Shown: positions 19,849 to 29,800 of the stretch, piece by piece
Layout: each line of letters begins with the position of its first letter
How positions within the stretch are numbered: the stretch's first letter is position 1
From: Minisyncoccota bacterium
Lineage (GTDB): Bacteria; Patescibacteriota; Minisyncoccia; UBA6257; 2-01-FULL-56-20
NCBI GenBank assembly: GCA_041664245.1
Contig: JBAYLC010000005.1
Coordinates: 8,695-72,694 of the forward strand
Direction: 5' to 3'
DNA: 64,000 nucleotides
Translations under genes and position numbers: made by a program
The notes under the pieces: model-generated
Told to the model about the DNA's origin: nothing
The model's input: the letters and a program-made list of their open reading frames with translations, nothing else
The model's database searches: none

Positions 19849-21033
19849 ATGAAATTAGCATTTCTTCATCTTTATCTTGCGACTGCAAGCGGCGACCCAA
19901 GAATGATTTTGTCTATCGCCAAGGAGTTCAAATCGCAAGGGCACGAGGTAAAAGTATATTGCTCCGAATTTAATCCATTATTTTTAACAGATCTCCATAG
20001 GGATCTGAATATTAAAGTTGTTCCACCCCGCGCCTCTCTAAGATTAGCCCTAGGCGCGTCTAGTTTTCTTGGTAAGATCGCAGAACGTATTCGTCGCACT
20101 AAACTTTACACCGACGCGGCATATCGTATTGCGGATAAATTAGATAAAGATTTTGATTTCATTTTTTGCGAGAATGACTACACGTATAAAGCGGGAGCTC
20201 GATATAAAAAGTTTAATTCGCGTGCGAAGGTCGTTTGGATTATGAATAATCCTCCATTTTATCATTCCCCCAAGAATAACTTTCTCGTAAATATAATTAG
20301 TCAATGCGCTGCCGTGTATGAGGCGGTCGTCGCAAAAAAATTCGTAAAATGGATTGACTGGGTAGTAGTCTATGATAAAAAAAATAAAGCGGATGCGGAG
20401 ATATTAGGTTTTAAAACAAAACTCATTGGGAATCCCTTGGATTTTGATTATTTTTATGCTCCCGTAAAAAAACTTATTTCCGGTCAACCAATTAAAATTC
20501 TCGCTGTTGGAGCACTGAGTCCGCTTCGTAGATTTGAAGACGTGGTGGCAGTAACCGCGATGTTACGAAAACGGAATCTTGATGTGAGAGCAATAATAGT
20601 TTGTAAGGATTACTGGTCGGACAAAAAATACCGAGAGTCATTCACCTCGTTTATAGAAAACTCTGGAGTTAAAGAGTATATTGATATCCGATTTGATGGC
20701 GTGGAAGAGGAAGAAATTATGCAGATGCTCCGAGAATCCCAAGTAAGCGTGGTAACAAATATCGCGAAAGTGTGGATCGCGACCGCGTGCGAGGCAATGG
20801 CAGCGGGGCTACCTCTTATACTTACAAAAACAACCTCATTAGCCGATGTTCTATCCGATGGGGAAAACGCTCTCTTTGTTGATCCCCGGCACCCAGAGCA
20901 GATTGCCGAAAAAATGGAAATGTTAATTAAGAATTCAGAACTCTACGCAAATGTTGCTTTAGCTGGGCAGCGGTATGTGAGAGAAAATTTAAGTTTCCCT
21001 AAATTTGCACAAGAAATTATCAAATATCCATGA
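19849..21033 (+). CDS. GT4 glycosyltransferase (paralog of 15640-16890)
   Basis: EAMAAGLPLIL motif. C-terminal half alignable to the 15640 protein. Confidence 0.8.
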   Translation: MKLAFLHLYLATASGDPRMILSIAKEFKSQGHEVKVYCSEFNPLFLTDLHRDLNIKVVPPRASLRLALGASSFLGKIAERIRRTKLYTDAAYRIADKLDKDFDFIFCENDYTYKAGARYKKFNSRAKVVWIMNNPPFYHSPKNNFLVNIISQCAAVYEAVVAKKFVKWIDWVVVYDKKNKADAEILGFKTKLIGNPLDFDYFYAPVKKLISGQPIKILAVGALSPLRRFEDVVAVTAMLRKRNLDVRAIIVCKDYWSDKKYRESFTSFIENSGVKEYIDIRFDGVEEEEIMQMLRESQVSVVTNIAKVWIATACEAMAAGLPLILTKTTSLADVLSDGENALFVDPRHPEQIAEKMEMLIKNSELYANVALAGQRYVRENLSFPKFAQEIIKYP

Positions 21034-21806
21034 AAAAAATATTACGCCTTACGAAAGAATTTTTACGTGCCATTTTTCTGTATAGAAATTTTTGGACCTA
21101 TTATCTTGTGCGCGCGGGCTTATCACGGCACAAGAAAGTCGTGATAAAACTTCGGAACGGACTAATGTATTTAATCTTCACCGAAACAAGCCAAATTGTT
21201 ATCCTTAATGAAATTTGGAATTTTGGGATTTATGACGAGCTAGAAAGGTTCATTCATGATAATTCTATCGTTATCGACATTGGTGCGAACATTGGAGTTT
21301 TTTCTATTAAAGCCTCACGCCTTGCAAAAAACGTGAAGGTTTTAAGTTATGAACCATTCCCAAAAAATTTTGAAATTCTAAGAGAAAATACAAAACTCAA
21401 CGAACTAGAAGAAATTGTTTTTCCCAAAAAAGAGGCTGTGGCTGGCAGAAAGGGAGAGCTTGAGCTCTTTTTCAATCCCAATGATTCCGGGGATGTTTCA
21501 TCACGCCAGCAAAAACAAAAAAATCAATCCCAGTCCATTAAAGTTCCATCAATAACACTCGAAAATATTTTCCGAGAGAACGATATCGAAGTCTGTGATT
21601 TTTTGAAGATTGACTGTGAGGGTGCTGAAGAGGAAATACTGCTTAATACTCCAAGGGATTTATTTAGCCGGATAAAAAGCATCACGCTCGAGTGGCATTA
21701 TAGCCTCAATAAAATGACCACTGATGAGCTCGGGCAGTTTTTCAAAAATATGGATTATAAAATTAAATACAATCCTTCCACTCTTACTTTTTATGCTTGG
21801 CGTTAG
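21030..21806 (+). CDS. FkbM-family methyltransferase
   Basis: IDIGANIGVFS motif. Start overlaps the upstream stop. Confidence 0.75.
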   Translation: MKKILRLTKEFLRAIFLYRNFWTYYLVRAGLSRHKKVVIKLRNGLMYLIFTETSQIVILNEIWNFGIYDELERFIHDNSIVIDIGANIGVFSIKASRLAKNVKVLSYEPFPKNFEILRENTKLNELEEIVFPKKEAVAGRKGELELFFNPNDSGDVSSRQQKQKNQSQSIKVPSITLENIFRENDIEVCDFLKIDCEGAEEEILLNTPRDLFSRIKSITLEWHYSLNKMTTDELGQFFKNMDYKIKYNPSTLTFYAWR

Positions 21807-21871
21807 GCTAGATCTATTTCCGTTTTGGTTTATCCTTGCATTGCGCCCGTCATATTTGCATAATTCCAAAC

Positions 21872-22849
21872 ATGCATCCTAAGATTTCTGTTATTTGCAC
21901 AACATTTAATGTCTGGCCTCGCATGAAAGATACCCTTGAGAGTATTATTGCCCAAACTTACAAAGATTGGGAACTTCTTGTTATGGATGGAGGATCGAAG
22001 GATGGAACGGTTGCGATGGTTGAAAGCTACATTGCCAATGATCCTCGGATAAAAATTTACTCTGAGCCTGACGAAGGAGCGCTGCATGCTCTTGAAAAAG
22101 GCCTCACACGTGCAACTGGAGATTACCTTATTCTTGCATGTGGGCAGGATTATTTTAGTGATCCGAATTGGTTTTCTGCAGCTACGAAGGTTTTAGAGGA
22201 AGACAAGCAGGTTTCTTTAGTGTGGGCATTAGGACGCGGCATAACAGAGGAAGGAAAAGATGTTGGTACCAACGCTTCATATGCTCATTTTATCGACGGG
22301 CGCGGTGAATTGGAGGTTCTATGGATTTTTATAATAAAGTGCCTGGATATCGTGAAGAATCTGCTCTTTGCTGGTTGGGAAAAGAAAAAATTTACCCTGC
22401 GAAAAATTTTTTCCAAGGCGGCTCCGCTCCGAGTTCACTCGATCACCACTTCTGGATTTACAAAAGAAAAATTTCCCCAAAAAGAAGACTGGTTTTTTTA
22501 TTGGCTAAAAACAGGCTTAGTTTTTCCTGATCAATGCCTCGTAGTAAGTAAGAAGGTTTATATCGAATGCGCTCCCCGATACAATATAGGAAGCAAACGG
22601 TTAAATTCCTTTGGTGATTTCGTTTTTAATTTCAACACTAAAGGATATATGGCGTATTTCATACCCGCGTACGTGGGGTATGGTCTGCTTCATGCTAGTA
22701 GTTCTGGAAATAGAGCAGCAAGAGGCATCTATCTTGAAGCTGAAAAATACTTTAGTATGATCCAGGCTTTTAAAAAAAATAATCTCGGGAAAATGATTAC
22801 GTTTCGTGACCGGGACGGTAATTTTGTTTCGGAAAGAAAAGTCAACTAA
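21872..22849 (+). CDS. GT2 glycosyltransferase
   Basis: ISVICTTFN...DWELLVMDGGSKDGT GT-A N-terminus. Track ORF starts at 21836; ATG 21872 preferred. Confidence 0.8.
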   Translation: MHPKISVICTTFNVWPRMKDTLESIIAQTYKDWELLVMDGGSKDGTVAMVESYIANDPRIKIYSEPDEGALHALEKGLTRATGDYLILACGQDYFSDPNWFSAATKVLEEDKQVSLVWALGRGITEEGKDVGTNASYAHFIDGRGELEVLWIFIIKCLDIVKNLLFAGWEKKKFTLRKIFSKAAPLRVHSITTSGFTKEKFPQKEDWFFYWLKTGLVFPDQCLVVSKKVYIECAPRYNIGSKRLNSFGDFVFNFNTKGYMAYFIPAYVGYGLLHASSSGNRAARGIYLEAEKYFSMIQAFKKNNLGKMITFRDRDGNFVSERKVN

Positions 22850-22978
22850 GAGATTTTAAAATAGATTCCAGGGGTAGTGTATTTGTGAACTTAAACAATT
22901 TTCTGATTATATTTATGTATAAAGTAATAGTTTTATTGTATATTAATAAGAACAAAGGCGTTTCTTTATCTCAATAAA

Positions 22979-24025
22979 ATGAAAGTACTTTACGCCGGTA
23001 TGCAGAAAGAAAATTATGATTCTAAAAACAGGGATAGTTTTGAGTATATTAATTTTTTTCTTACGCTGAAAGCTATGCCCGGAGTTGAAGTTTTTGAGCA
23101 CCCATTCGACAGAATCCTTGAAGTAGGCAAAAAAAACTGGAATATAGAGCTATTTGAAATTATTAAAAAAGAAAAACCAGAGCTACTCTTTGTTTTTATG
23201 TATACCGACGAACTTGAGACAGCGATACTTGAAAAAATTAGAAATACAACCACCACTAAGAGTATTGCCTGGTTCGCGGATGACTATTGGCGTTTTTGGA
23301 ACTACTCTAAAAATTGGGCATCTCATTTTGATTGGGTAGTCACTACATATTCTCGAGCCGTCGAATGGTATCAAAAAAAAGGGTTAGGTAATATTCTTCT
23401 ATCTCAGTGGGCTTGTAATACTAACAACTATAAGTCCCTAAATCTCCAAAAGGGTATCGATGTTAGTTTTATTGGGCAATATAAATCTGGCCGAGCCAAA
23501 GTAATCAAGCAACTAAAAAAGGTCGGCATTTCTGTCGAAACTTATGGATTTGGTTGGCCCAACGGCAAGATTAGTCAGGAAAAAATGATAGAAATTTTTA
23601 GCCGCAGCAAAATCAACCTAAACATCAATGCTAGGCCAGGCCTTTTGCACCCTAAGGTAGTCAGCCGTATTTTTTTTAGAAAATCAATAAATAGAATTAA
23701 GGTGGATCTTCACTTAGTCGATAATCTAATGGCCTATTTCCATTTTCCGATCCATCATACTCACGCCCGGCCTTTTGAACTCGCTGGTTGTGGGTCCTTC
23801 GTTATTTCGGGATATTCCGAAGACATAGATAAATACTATCGTAACGGCGAGGAAATGGTTTTCTATAAATCACCTGATGACCTAGCTGAAAAAATCAAGT
23901 ATTATTTATCTCATTCCGAGGAAAGGGAAAAAATTGCTGTTGCTGGCTATAAACGAACGATTTGTGAACACACTTACCAAGCTAGATTTATGGAAATATT
24001 TAAAAAAATCGGGTTAAATTTATAA
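22979..24025 (+). CDS. CgeB-like / GT1-related glycosyltransferase
   Basis: C-terminal FELAGCGSFVIS...YKSPDDL block typical of the CgeB/DUF3880 glycosyltransferase-like family. Confidence 0.55.
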   Translation: MKVLYAGMQKENYDSKNRDSFEYINFFLTLKAMPGVEVFEHPFDRILEVGKKNWNIELFEIIKKEKPELLFVFMYTDELETAILEKIRNTTTTKSIAWFADDYWRFWNYSKNWASHFDWVVTTYSRAVEWYQKKGLGNILLSQWACNTNNYKSLNLQKGIDVSFIGQYKSGRAKVIKQLKKVGISVETYGFGWPNGKISQEKMIEIFSRSKINLNINARPGLLHPKVVSRIFFRKSINRIKVDLHLVDNLMAYFHFPIHHTHARPFELAGCGSFVISGYSEDIDKYYRNGEEMVFYKSPDDLAEKIKYYLSHSEEREKIAVAGYKRTICEHTYQARFMEIFKKIGLNL

Positions 24026-24027
24026 AC

Positions 24028-24735
24028 ATGGAAAATTCAAAACCCCTAAAACTTCATCTTGGTTGCCAAGAAAAATATCTCGATGGATATGTTAATATCG
24101 ATCTTCCGCCAGAAGCCCACACCGTAGAAAAAGTGCGGGTGGATGTCTACGCCGATGTGCGCACTCTTTCTTATGAAGCTGAATCAATAAGCGAAGTGCG
24201 TTCTGAACATCTTCTTGAGCATTTTTCGCGCCAGGAATCCCTTCTACTTCTCGCCCGCTGGCATAAATGGCTGAAGATGGACGGCCTACTCCACGTTGAA
24301 ACCCCCGACTTTGAAGAATCCGCTAAAAAATTTCTAAAAGGCTCGCTCGATGAAAAATTCATGCTCGCTCGCCACATCTTTGGTTCCCATGAGGCGGACT
24401 GGGCCTATCACAAAGATTTTTGGTCGGAAGAAAAATTCCGGTTTGTTCTCGGCGAATTGGGCTATGGTGATTTCCACTTTGATAAAATTTCCAATAATCT
24501 TGAATCAAAATTTCCTGTTTTAAAAGGAACGTTCATTACTAAACCCGAAAGCGTCTTTAAAAAACTTGGGCCTTTAGGATTTAATAATCTGCCCAATATT
24601 ATCTGCTACGCTAAAAAAGTTAAAAAAGAAATTGACTACCTCGCGGCGATAAAGTGCATTCTAGAAAAATCACTCGTGGGCAGAGAAGCCAAAATATTAG
24701 AAGTTTGGCTCCTCGATATAAAAGGGAAAATATAA
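24028..24735 (+). CDS. small class I SAM-dependent methyltransferase-like protein
   Basis: LHLGCQEKYLDGYVNIDL resembles SAM motif I. Coupled to the upstream gene. Confidence 0.45.
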   Translation: MENSKPLKLHLGCQEKYLDGYVNIDLPPEAHTVEKVRVDVYADVRTLSYEAESISEVRSEHLLEHFSRQESLLLLARWHKWLKMDGLLHVETPDFEESAKKFLKGSLDEKFMLARHIFGSHEADWAYHKDFWSEEKFRFVLGELGYGDFHFDKISNNLESKFPVLKGTFITKPESVFKKLGPLGFNNLPNIICYAKKVKKEIDYLAAIKCILEKSLVGREAKILEVWLLDIKGKI

Positions 24736-25608
24736 ATGAAGCCTCTAGTTTCTATCATTATCCCAGCCTATAACGCCGGCAGTTTCCTAGCTGAAACCAT
24801 TGAGAGCGTTATCGCTCAAACGTATTCGAATTGGGAATTAATTATTATTGATGACGGCTCAGTCGATGAAACCGCCAGCGTTGTAAGTGGGTATACAAAT
24901 AAAGATGAGAGAATTAAATATTTTTTTCAAACCAACCAAAAAATGGCTTCAGCTAGAAACGCTGGAATCAAAAGGGCCAGAGGAGAATACGTAGCTTTTT
25001 TAGACGCTGATAATCTTTTTCTTCCAGACAAATTATTTAAACATATTGATTTTATGGAAAGTCACCCAGAGTGCGATGTTTCTTACGGCAAGATCAACTA
25101 TTTTTATGGGAGTAATAAGGCGATTCTCTACAAAAATGAACAGCCAGAATTTTCCGGCGATATTTTTGAAAAAGTTTTACCTCAAAATTTCATTAATGTT
25201 TTGGCGGTGATGGTTAAAAAGGAATTATTTAATAAATTTGGCGCTTTCCAGGAAGGGTGGTATGCCTGCGACGAGCATTACGTTTGGATAAATCTTTCCT
25301 ATCACGGAGCCAAATTTTACCCCTTCCAAGAAGTTGTTGGTCTGTTGCGTCTTCACAATGCCAATGATTCCTATCGTGCGGACTATCTAATAAGGACCGC
25401 AGATCAATTTACTAAAATGCTCGATATCATTGAATCTTGGTTCAATCCAAAGGAGAAAATCAAATACAAAAAAACCATTTTATCCTTGAGAAGGCATTGG
25501 TATCGAATGAGGTTCTTAGGCCAATTGCTTATAACCCCCGCCTTATCGTGGATCCTGATGCCCCTTTTTCTCTATTATCGTAAAACTAAATATCAACTCA
25601 TAAAATAA
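24736..25608 (+). CDS. GT2 glycosyltransferase
   Basis: VSIIIPAYNA...ELIIIDDGSVDET...DADN GT-A signature. Confidence 0.85.
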   Translation: MKPLVSIIIPAYNAGSFLAETIESVIAQTYSNWELIIIDDGSVDETASVVSGYTNKDERIKYFFQTNQKMASARNAGIKRARGEYVAFLDADNLFLPDKLFKHIDFMESHPECDVSYGKINYFYGSNKAILYKNEQPEFSGDIFEKVLPQNFINVLAVMVKKELFNKFGAFQEGWYACDEHYVWINLSYHGAKFYPFQEVVGLLRLHNANDSYRADYLIRTADQFTKMLDIIESWFNPKEKIKYKKTILSLRRHWYRMRFLGQLLITPALSWILMPLFLYYRKTKYQLIK

Positions 25609-25655
25609 ATCGCACATAGACGGATCGAAATTTGTCGTGCTACTCTATTGTTGTT

Positions 25656-26570
25656 ATGGCTAAGGTACTAATTACTGGTGTGGCGGGTTTTATCGGTTCA
25701 AATCTTGCCGAAAAATTGCTCCAAAATGGCCACGAGGTCATCGGTGTTGATGACCTCTCTTACGGTATTCTTGAGCAGGTTCCCAAGGGAGTTGAATTTC
25801 ACAAGATTGATATTCGATCAGAAGATATTTTTTCCCTGTTCAAAGGAGTGCATACGGTATTTCATCTTGCGGCAAAAAACGATTTAATTGCGTGTCAGGA
25901 AAATCCAGTAGAGACTATCAGCGTGAATGTGCACGGCACAATAAATATTTTTGAAGCCTCGCGTCGCGCGGGAGTAAAAAAAGTTGTATTTGCCTCATCT
26001 TCAGCGCTTGAAGAAGGAGAAGCAAGACTCAAGGGATTCTATGCGATCAGTAAGACAGTATGTGAAAAAATTGCGGACGGCTATCACGTCGCATTCGGTT
26101 TGAATTACGTCTTGCTTAGATATTTTAATGTTTATGGCCCCAGGCAGGATTATCGTCGCGCGCATCCACCTGTGATGAGCGCACTTATAATTAAAGTGCT
26201 CAAAGGAGAGCAGCCAATTCTCTACGAGGGATACGAAGAAAATAAGCGGGATTTTATTTATGTGGACGATGCTAATGATTTCAATATTTTATGCATCGAA
26301 AATGAGAATATGAATAATAAATTTTTTCGGCTGGGCACGGGGAAATCCAGTTCAATTGAAGATGTCTGGAATGCAGTTAAGAAAGTTACTGGTTCCAATC
26401 TTGAACCCATCATTAAATCTCGCCTGCCTCTAGACACGCTTTCTGTAACGTTAGCCGACATAACCGAAGCCGGAAAAATCGGCTGGAAAGCTAAGACCTC
26501 GCTAGAGGATGGTCTCAAGGCTCAATTTGAATATTTAAAGAGCGAATTTATAAAAGGGAAAATTAAATAA
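25656..26570 (+). CDS. NAD-dependent epimerase/dehydratase (UDP-hexose 4-epimerase-like)
   Basis: VLITGVAGFIGSNL and YAISK catalytic motif. Track ORF starts at 25632; ATG 25656 preferred. Confidence 0.8.
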   Translation: MAKVLITGVAGFIGSNLAEKLLQNGHEVIGVDDLSYGILEQVPKGVEFHKIDIRSEDIFSLFKGVHTVFHLAAKNDLIACQENPVETISVNVHGTINIFEASRRAGVKKVVFASSSALEEGEARLKGFYAISKTVCEKIADGYHVAFGLNYVLLRYFNVYGPRQDYRRAHPPVMSALIIKVLKGEQPILYEGYEENKRDFIYVDDANDFNILCIENENMNNKFFRLGTGKSSSIEDVWNAVKKVTGSNLEPIIKSRLPLDTLSVTLADITEAGKIGWKAKTSLEDGLKAQFEYLKSEFIKGKIK

Positions 26571-26655
26571 CTTTTTTATTGTCATCTCGTCAAAAATTTA
26601 AATAATTTTTAATCCCTATGGACGAAAGGCTATTTTCTAGATAAAATAAAAAGAA

Positions 26656-27642
26656 ATGATTATAACACGCACTCCTTTCCGAGTTACTTTAGGTGGTGGC
26701 GGTACCGACCTCCCCTCCTACTATTCTAAATACGGTGGATTTATTTTCTCCGCCGGCCTTGATAAATATATGTTTGTGAGTGTTAACCGCCCCGTTGTTG
26801 ATGATCTGATTCGCCTTAAATATTCCAAGAGTGAAACCGTTGAGCGTCTTGATCAGCTTCAACACGAAATAGCTCGGGAAACGCTTCGGATGATGGGCAT
26901 TGAAAAAGGAATTGAGATTAATTCCATTGCCGACATCTCTGCTGGTACCGGTCTTGGTTCGTCCAGTTGCTACGCTGTCGGTCTTCTCCGCGCTCTCCAC
27001 ACTTTAAAGCGGGAATATGTTCCTCTCCAGCAAATTGCCGAAGAAGATTTCAAAGTCGAAGCCGAAATTCTCGGCCGGCCTATCGGCAAGCAAGATCCCT
27101 ACCTCGCCGCTTTCGGCGGGCTTACTATTCTGGAAATTGAAAAGGACGGGAAAGTTAAAATTCGTAAAGCTAATGTTTCTGACGAAACCATTGATGCCTT
27201 AAATCGCAATATGCTCTTGTTTTTCACCGGTACCACTCGTAGTGCTGATGATATTTTAGGGGAACAGTCCACCGGGGTTAAGGAAGAAAAAAAAGATGTT
27301 ATTGAAAGCATGCATTACATTAAAGAGCTTGGTTACGAAATTTTGGAAGCTGTTGAAAGCGGTAATGTTGATGAGGTTGGTCGTTTGTTCCATGCTCATT
27401 GGCAACACAAAAAAAAGATTTCCGCTAAAATGTCCAACGAGCATTTCGATAAAATTTACGAAGTCGCGCGAGAAAATGGCGCTTTGGGTGGAAAAATATC
27501 TGGCGCTGGCGGAGGCGGTTTCTTCACTTTCTACGCGGAAAAAAATCACGGTAAATTAAAAAAGGTAATGGCCGAAATGGGTCTTCGTGAAATGCGCTAT
27601 CATTTTGACCTCGAGGGATCTAAGGTGTTGGTTGATTTCTAA
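26656..27642 (+). CDS. GHMP kinase, HddA-like sugar kinase (second copy)
   Basis: MIITRTPFRVTLGGGGTD and GTGLGSSS. Confidence 0.8.
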   Translation: MIITRTPFRVTLGGGGTDLPSYYSKYGGFIFSAGLDKYMFVSVNRPVVDDLIRLKYSKSETVERLDQLQHEIARETLRMMGIEKGIEINSIADISAGTGLGSSSCYAVGLLRALHTLKREYVPLQQIAEEDFKVEAEILGRPIGKQDPYLAAFGGLTILEIEKDGKVKIRKANVSDETIDALNRNMLLFFTGTTRSADDILGEQSTGVKEEKKDVIESMHYIKELGYEILEAVESGNVDEVGRLFHAHWQHKKKISAKMSNEHFDKIYEVARENGALGGKISGAGGGGFFTFYAEKNHGKLKKVMAEMGLREMRYHFDLEGSKVLVDF

Positions 27643-27657
27643 TTAGTAAAGTTTTCT

Positions 27658-28965
27658 ATGTGGCCCTATAAAATCGCTGTTCTTGGCCTCTGGCATTTGG
27701 GTGAAATCTATTCCGCCGGCCTATCCGACTTAGGGCATCAAGTAGTTGGTTTGAGTGAAGACGAATCATTAATCAGTAATTTTCAAAAAAATATTCCACC
27801 TTTGCCGGAGCCGAATCTTGAAGAAACTCTTAAAAATAATCAAGCCGTTGGTCGCTTAACTTTTAGTGCTGATTTTTCAAAGATTGAAGGTTGCGATGTG
27901 CTTTGGGTTACTTTCGATACCCCAGTAAATAATCAAGATGAAGTTGATCTAACTCTGATTTGGTCAGCGCTGGGAAAATCGTTACCGCATCTGAAAAATC
28001 AATCCCTGATTATTATTTCAAGTCAGATTCCAGTTGGCACTTCAAACAAAATTTGTGAATTTATAAATCAAAAGCGGCCAGATTTAAATTTTGATTATAT
28101 TTATTCCCCGGAAAATCTTCGCCTTGGCGAGGCCCTAGAGTGTTTCAAAAATCCCGGCCGAATTGTTTTTGGTGCTTTTAGTTCCAAGGCATCAGAAAAA
28201 TTTAAAGATATTCTATCGGGCCTTAAAACTGAATTTATCGAAATGAGCCCGGTTTCAGCCGAGATGTCTAAGCACGCCATTAATGCTTTTCTTGCCACTT
28301 CCGTTAGTTTTATAAACGACCTCTCTGATCTTTCCGAAAAAGTTGGAGCCGATATTATCGATGTTTCTCGGGCTCTTAAATCAGAACCAAGAATCGGCCC
28401 CAAGGCTTTTCTCAGCGCCGGTATTGGTTTCGCCGGCGGCACACTTGGTCGGGATCTTCAAGCTTTAATTAAATCCGCCAAAGACCAAAATATTTCTCTG
28501 CCAGTCATTGAAAGTATCTACGAAAAAAATAAAAATCGCGCCGAAGCCATATTAAATATTCTTCAAAAAAATTTAGGGGATTTTAAAAATAAAAAAATTT
28601 CTATTCTTGGCCTGACTTATAAACCCGGGACAAGAACCCTTCGCCGTTCAAGATCTTTGGAAATAGCGCTAAAGTTAAAAAATCTAGGTGCCCGCCTTTC
28701 TCTCTGCGATCCGCAAGTTGATGAGAAGGAACTGGCCTCTTTTGGCGATTTCGATTTTTCTCGCGATCCCTATCAGGCCGTTGCCAACGCTGAGGCCGTG
28801 ATTGTCGCTACCCCTTGGCCGGAGTTCAGGGATTTAGATTTTCAAAAATTAAAAGAAGTGGCATCTTCTAATGCTATTATTTTTGACACCTCTAACTTTT
28901 TTTCAGAAAAAGAATCTATAATTAAAAAAGTCGGTTTTATCTATCTTGGCATTGGCCGCAAATAA
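27658..28965 (+). CDS. UDP-glucose/GDP-mannose dehydrogenase-family protein with degenerate active site (probable pseudo-dehydrogenase or altered chemistry)
   Basis: Fold-level match (KIAVLGL N-terminus, ILGLTYKPGTRTLRRS C-terminal UDP-binding motif). NAD motif reads GLWHLG instead of GxGxxG. Active-site block GFAGGTLGRD aligns to GYGGYCLPKD, so the catalytic Cys aligns to Thr. Confidence 0.7.
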   Translation: MWPYKIAVLGLWHLGEIYSAGLSDLGHQVVGLSEDESLISNFQKNIPPLPEPNLEETLKNNQAVGRLTFSADFSKIEGCDVLWVTFDTPVNNQDEVDLTLIWSALGKSLPHLKNQSLIIISSQIPVGTSNKICEFINQKRPDLNFDYIYSPENLRLGEALECFKNPGRIVFGAFSSKASEKFKDILSGLKTEFIEMSPVSAEMSKHAINAFLATSVSFINDLSDLSEKVGADIIDVSRALKSEPRIGPKAFLSAGIGFAGGTLGRDLQALIKSAKDQNISLPVIESIYEKNKNRAEAILNILQKNLGDFKNKKISILGLTYKPGTRTLRRSRSLEIALKLKNLGARLSLCDPQVDEKELASFGDFDFSRDPYQAVANAEAVIVATPWPEFRDLDFQKLKEVASSNAIIFDTSNFFSEKESIIKKVGFIYLGIGRK

Positions 28966-28969
28966 TTCA

Positions 28970-29800
28970 ATGGATTTAGAAAATAAAGTTGTTCTTATAA
29001 CCGGCGCTAGCCGGGGTATTGGCAAGGCAGTCGCCGCCGCCTTCTTAAAAGAAGGAGCAAAGGTTATGCTTGCCGCCCGCTCCGAAGAAGAATTAAAAAT
29101 CACTCAACAAGAGTTTAAGATTAATTATCCGTTCGTTGAGATCGCTGCTTTTGATGTCTCTAATTTTCTCGAATCAACAGAAGTTGTTAAAAAAACTGTT
29201 GCCGCCTTTGGAACCATCGATATTCTTGTAAATGCCGCGGGAATCTATGGTCCCATTGGTCCGTCTGAAGAAATAGATATAAATCTTTGGAGAAATACCT
29301 ATGAAGTAAATGTTTTTGGAACTTTCCAGATGATCCATCAAGTCGCCCCTATCATGATCAAAAATAAATCCGGCAAAATCATAAATTTTTCCGGCGGTGG
29401 CGATGGGCCCCTTGCCCGTTTCAGCGCTTACAATTCCTCTAAAGTTGCCATTGTCCGCCTTACCGAAACCTTAGCCGTGGAATTTAAAGATTATAATCTT
29501 GAAGTAAATTGTCTCGCCCCTGGGCCGGTCAATACTAAATTTTTAGATGAAGCTCTTGCCGCCGGTGAAGGGAAGGTAGGGCCGGATAGGTATGCTATTC
29601 TTCAAAAACAAAAAGCGGACGGCGGTGTTCCTCCAGAAAAAACTGCCGAGCTCTGCGTTTTTCTAGCTTCATCAAGATCAAATGGCCTAACGGGTAAATT
29701 TTTAAGCGTCGTCTGGGATAAATGGCAAGACTGGGGGCCGGAAGAAATTAAAAAAATTATGGCGACCGATGTCTATACTCTGCGCCGGGTAAAAATATGA
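28970..29800 (+). CDS. SDR-family oxidoreductase
   Basis: VVLITGASRGIGKAVA. Track ORF starts at 28946. Confidence 0.8.
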   Translation: MDLENKVVLITGASRGIGKAVAAAFLKEGAKVMLAARSEEELKITQQEFKINYPFVEIAAFDVSNFLESTEVVKKTVAAFGTIDILVNAAGIYGPIGPSEEIDINLWRNTYEVNVFGTFQMIHQVAPIMIKNKSGKIINFSGGGDGPLARFSAYNSSKVAIVRLTETLAVEFKDYNLEVNCLAPGPVNTKFLDEALAAGEGKVGPDRYAILQKQKADGGVPPEKTAELCVFLASSRSNGLTGKFLSVVWDKWQDWGPEEIKKIMATDVYTLRRVKI

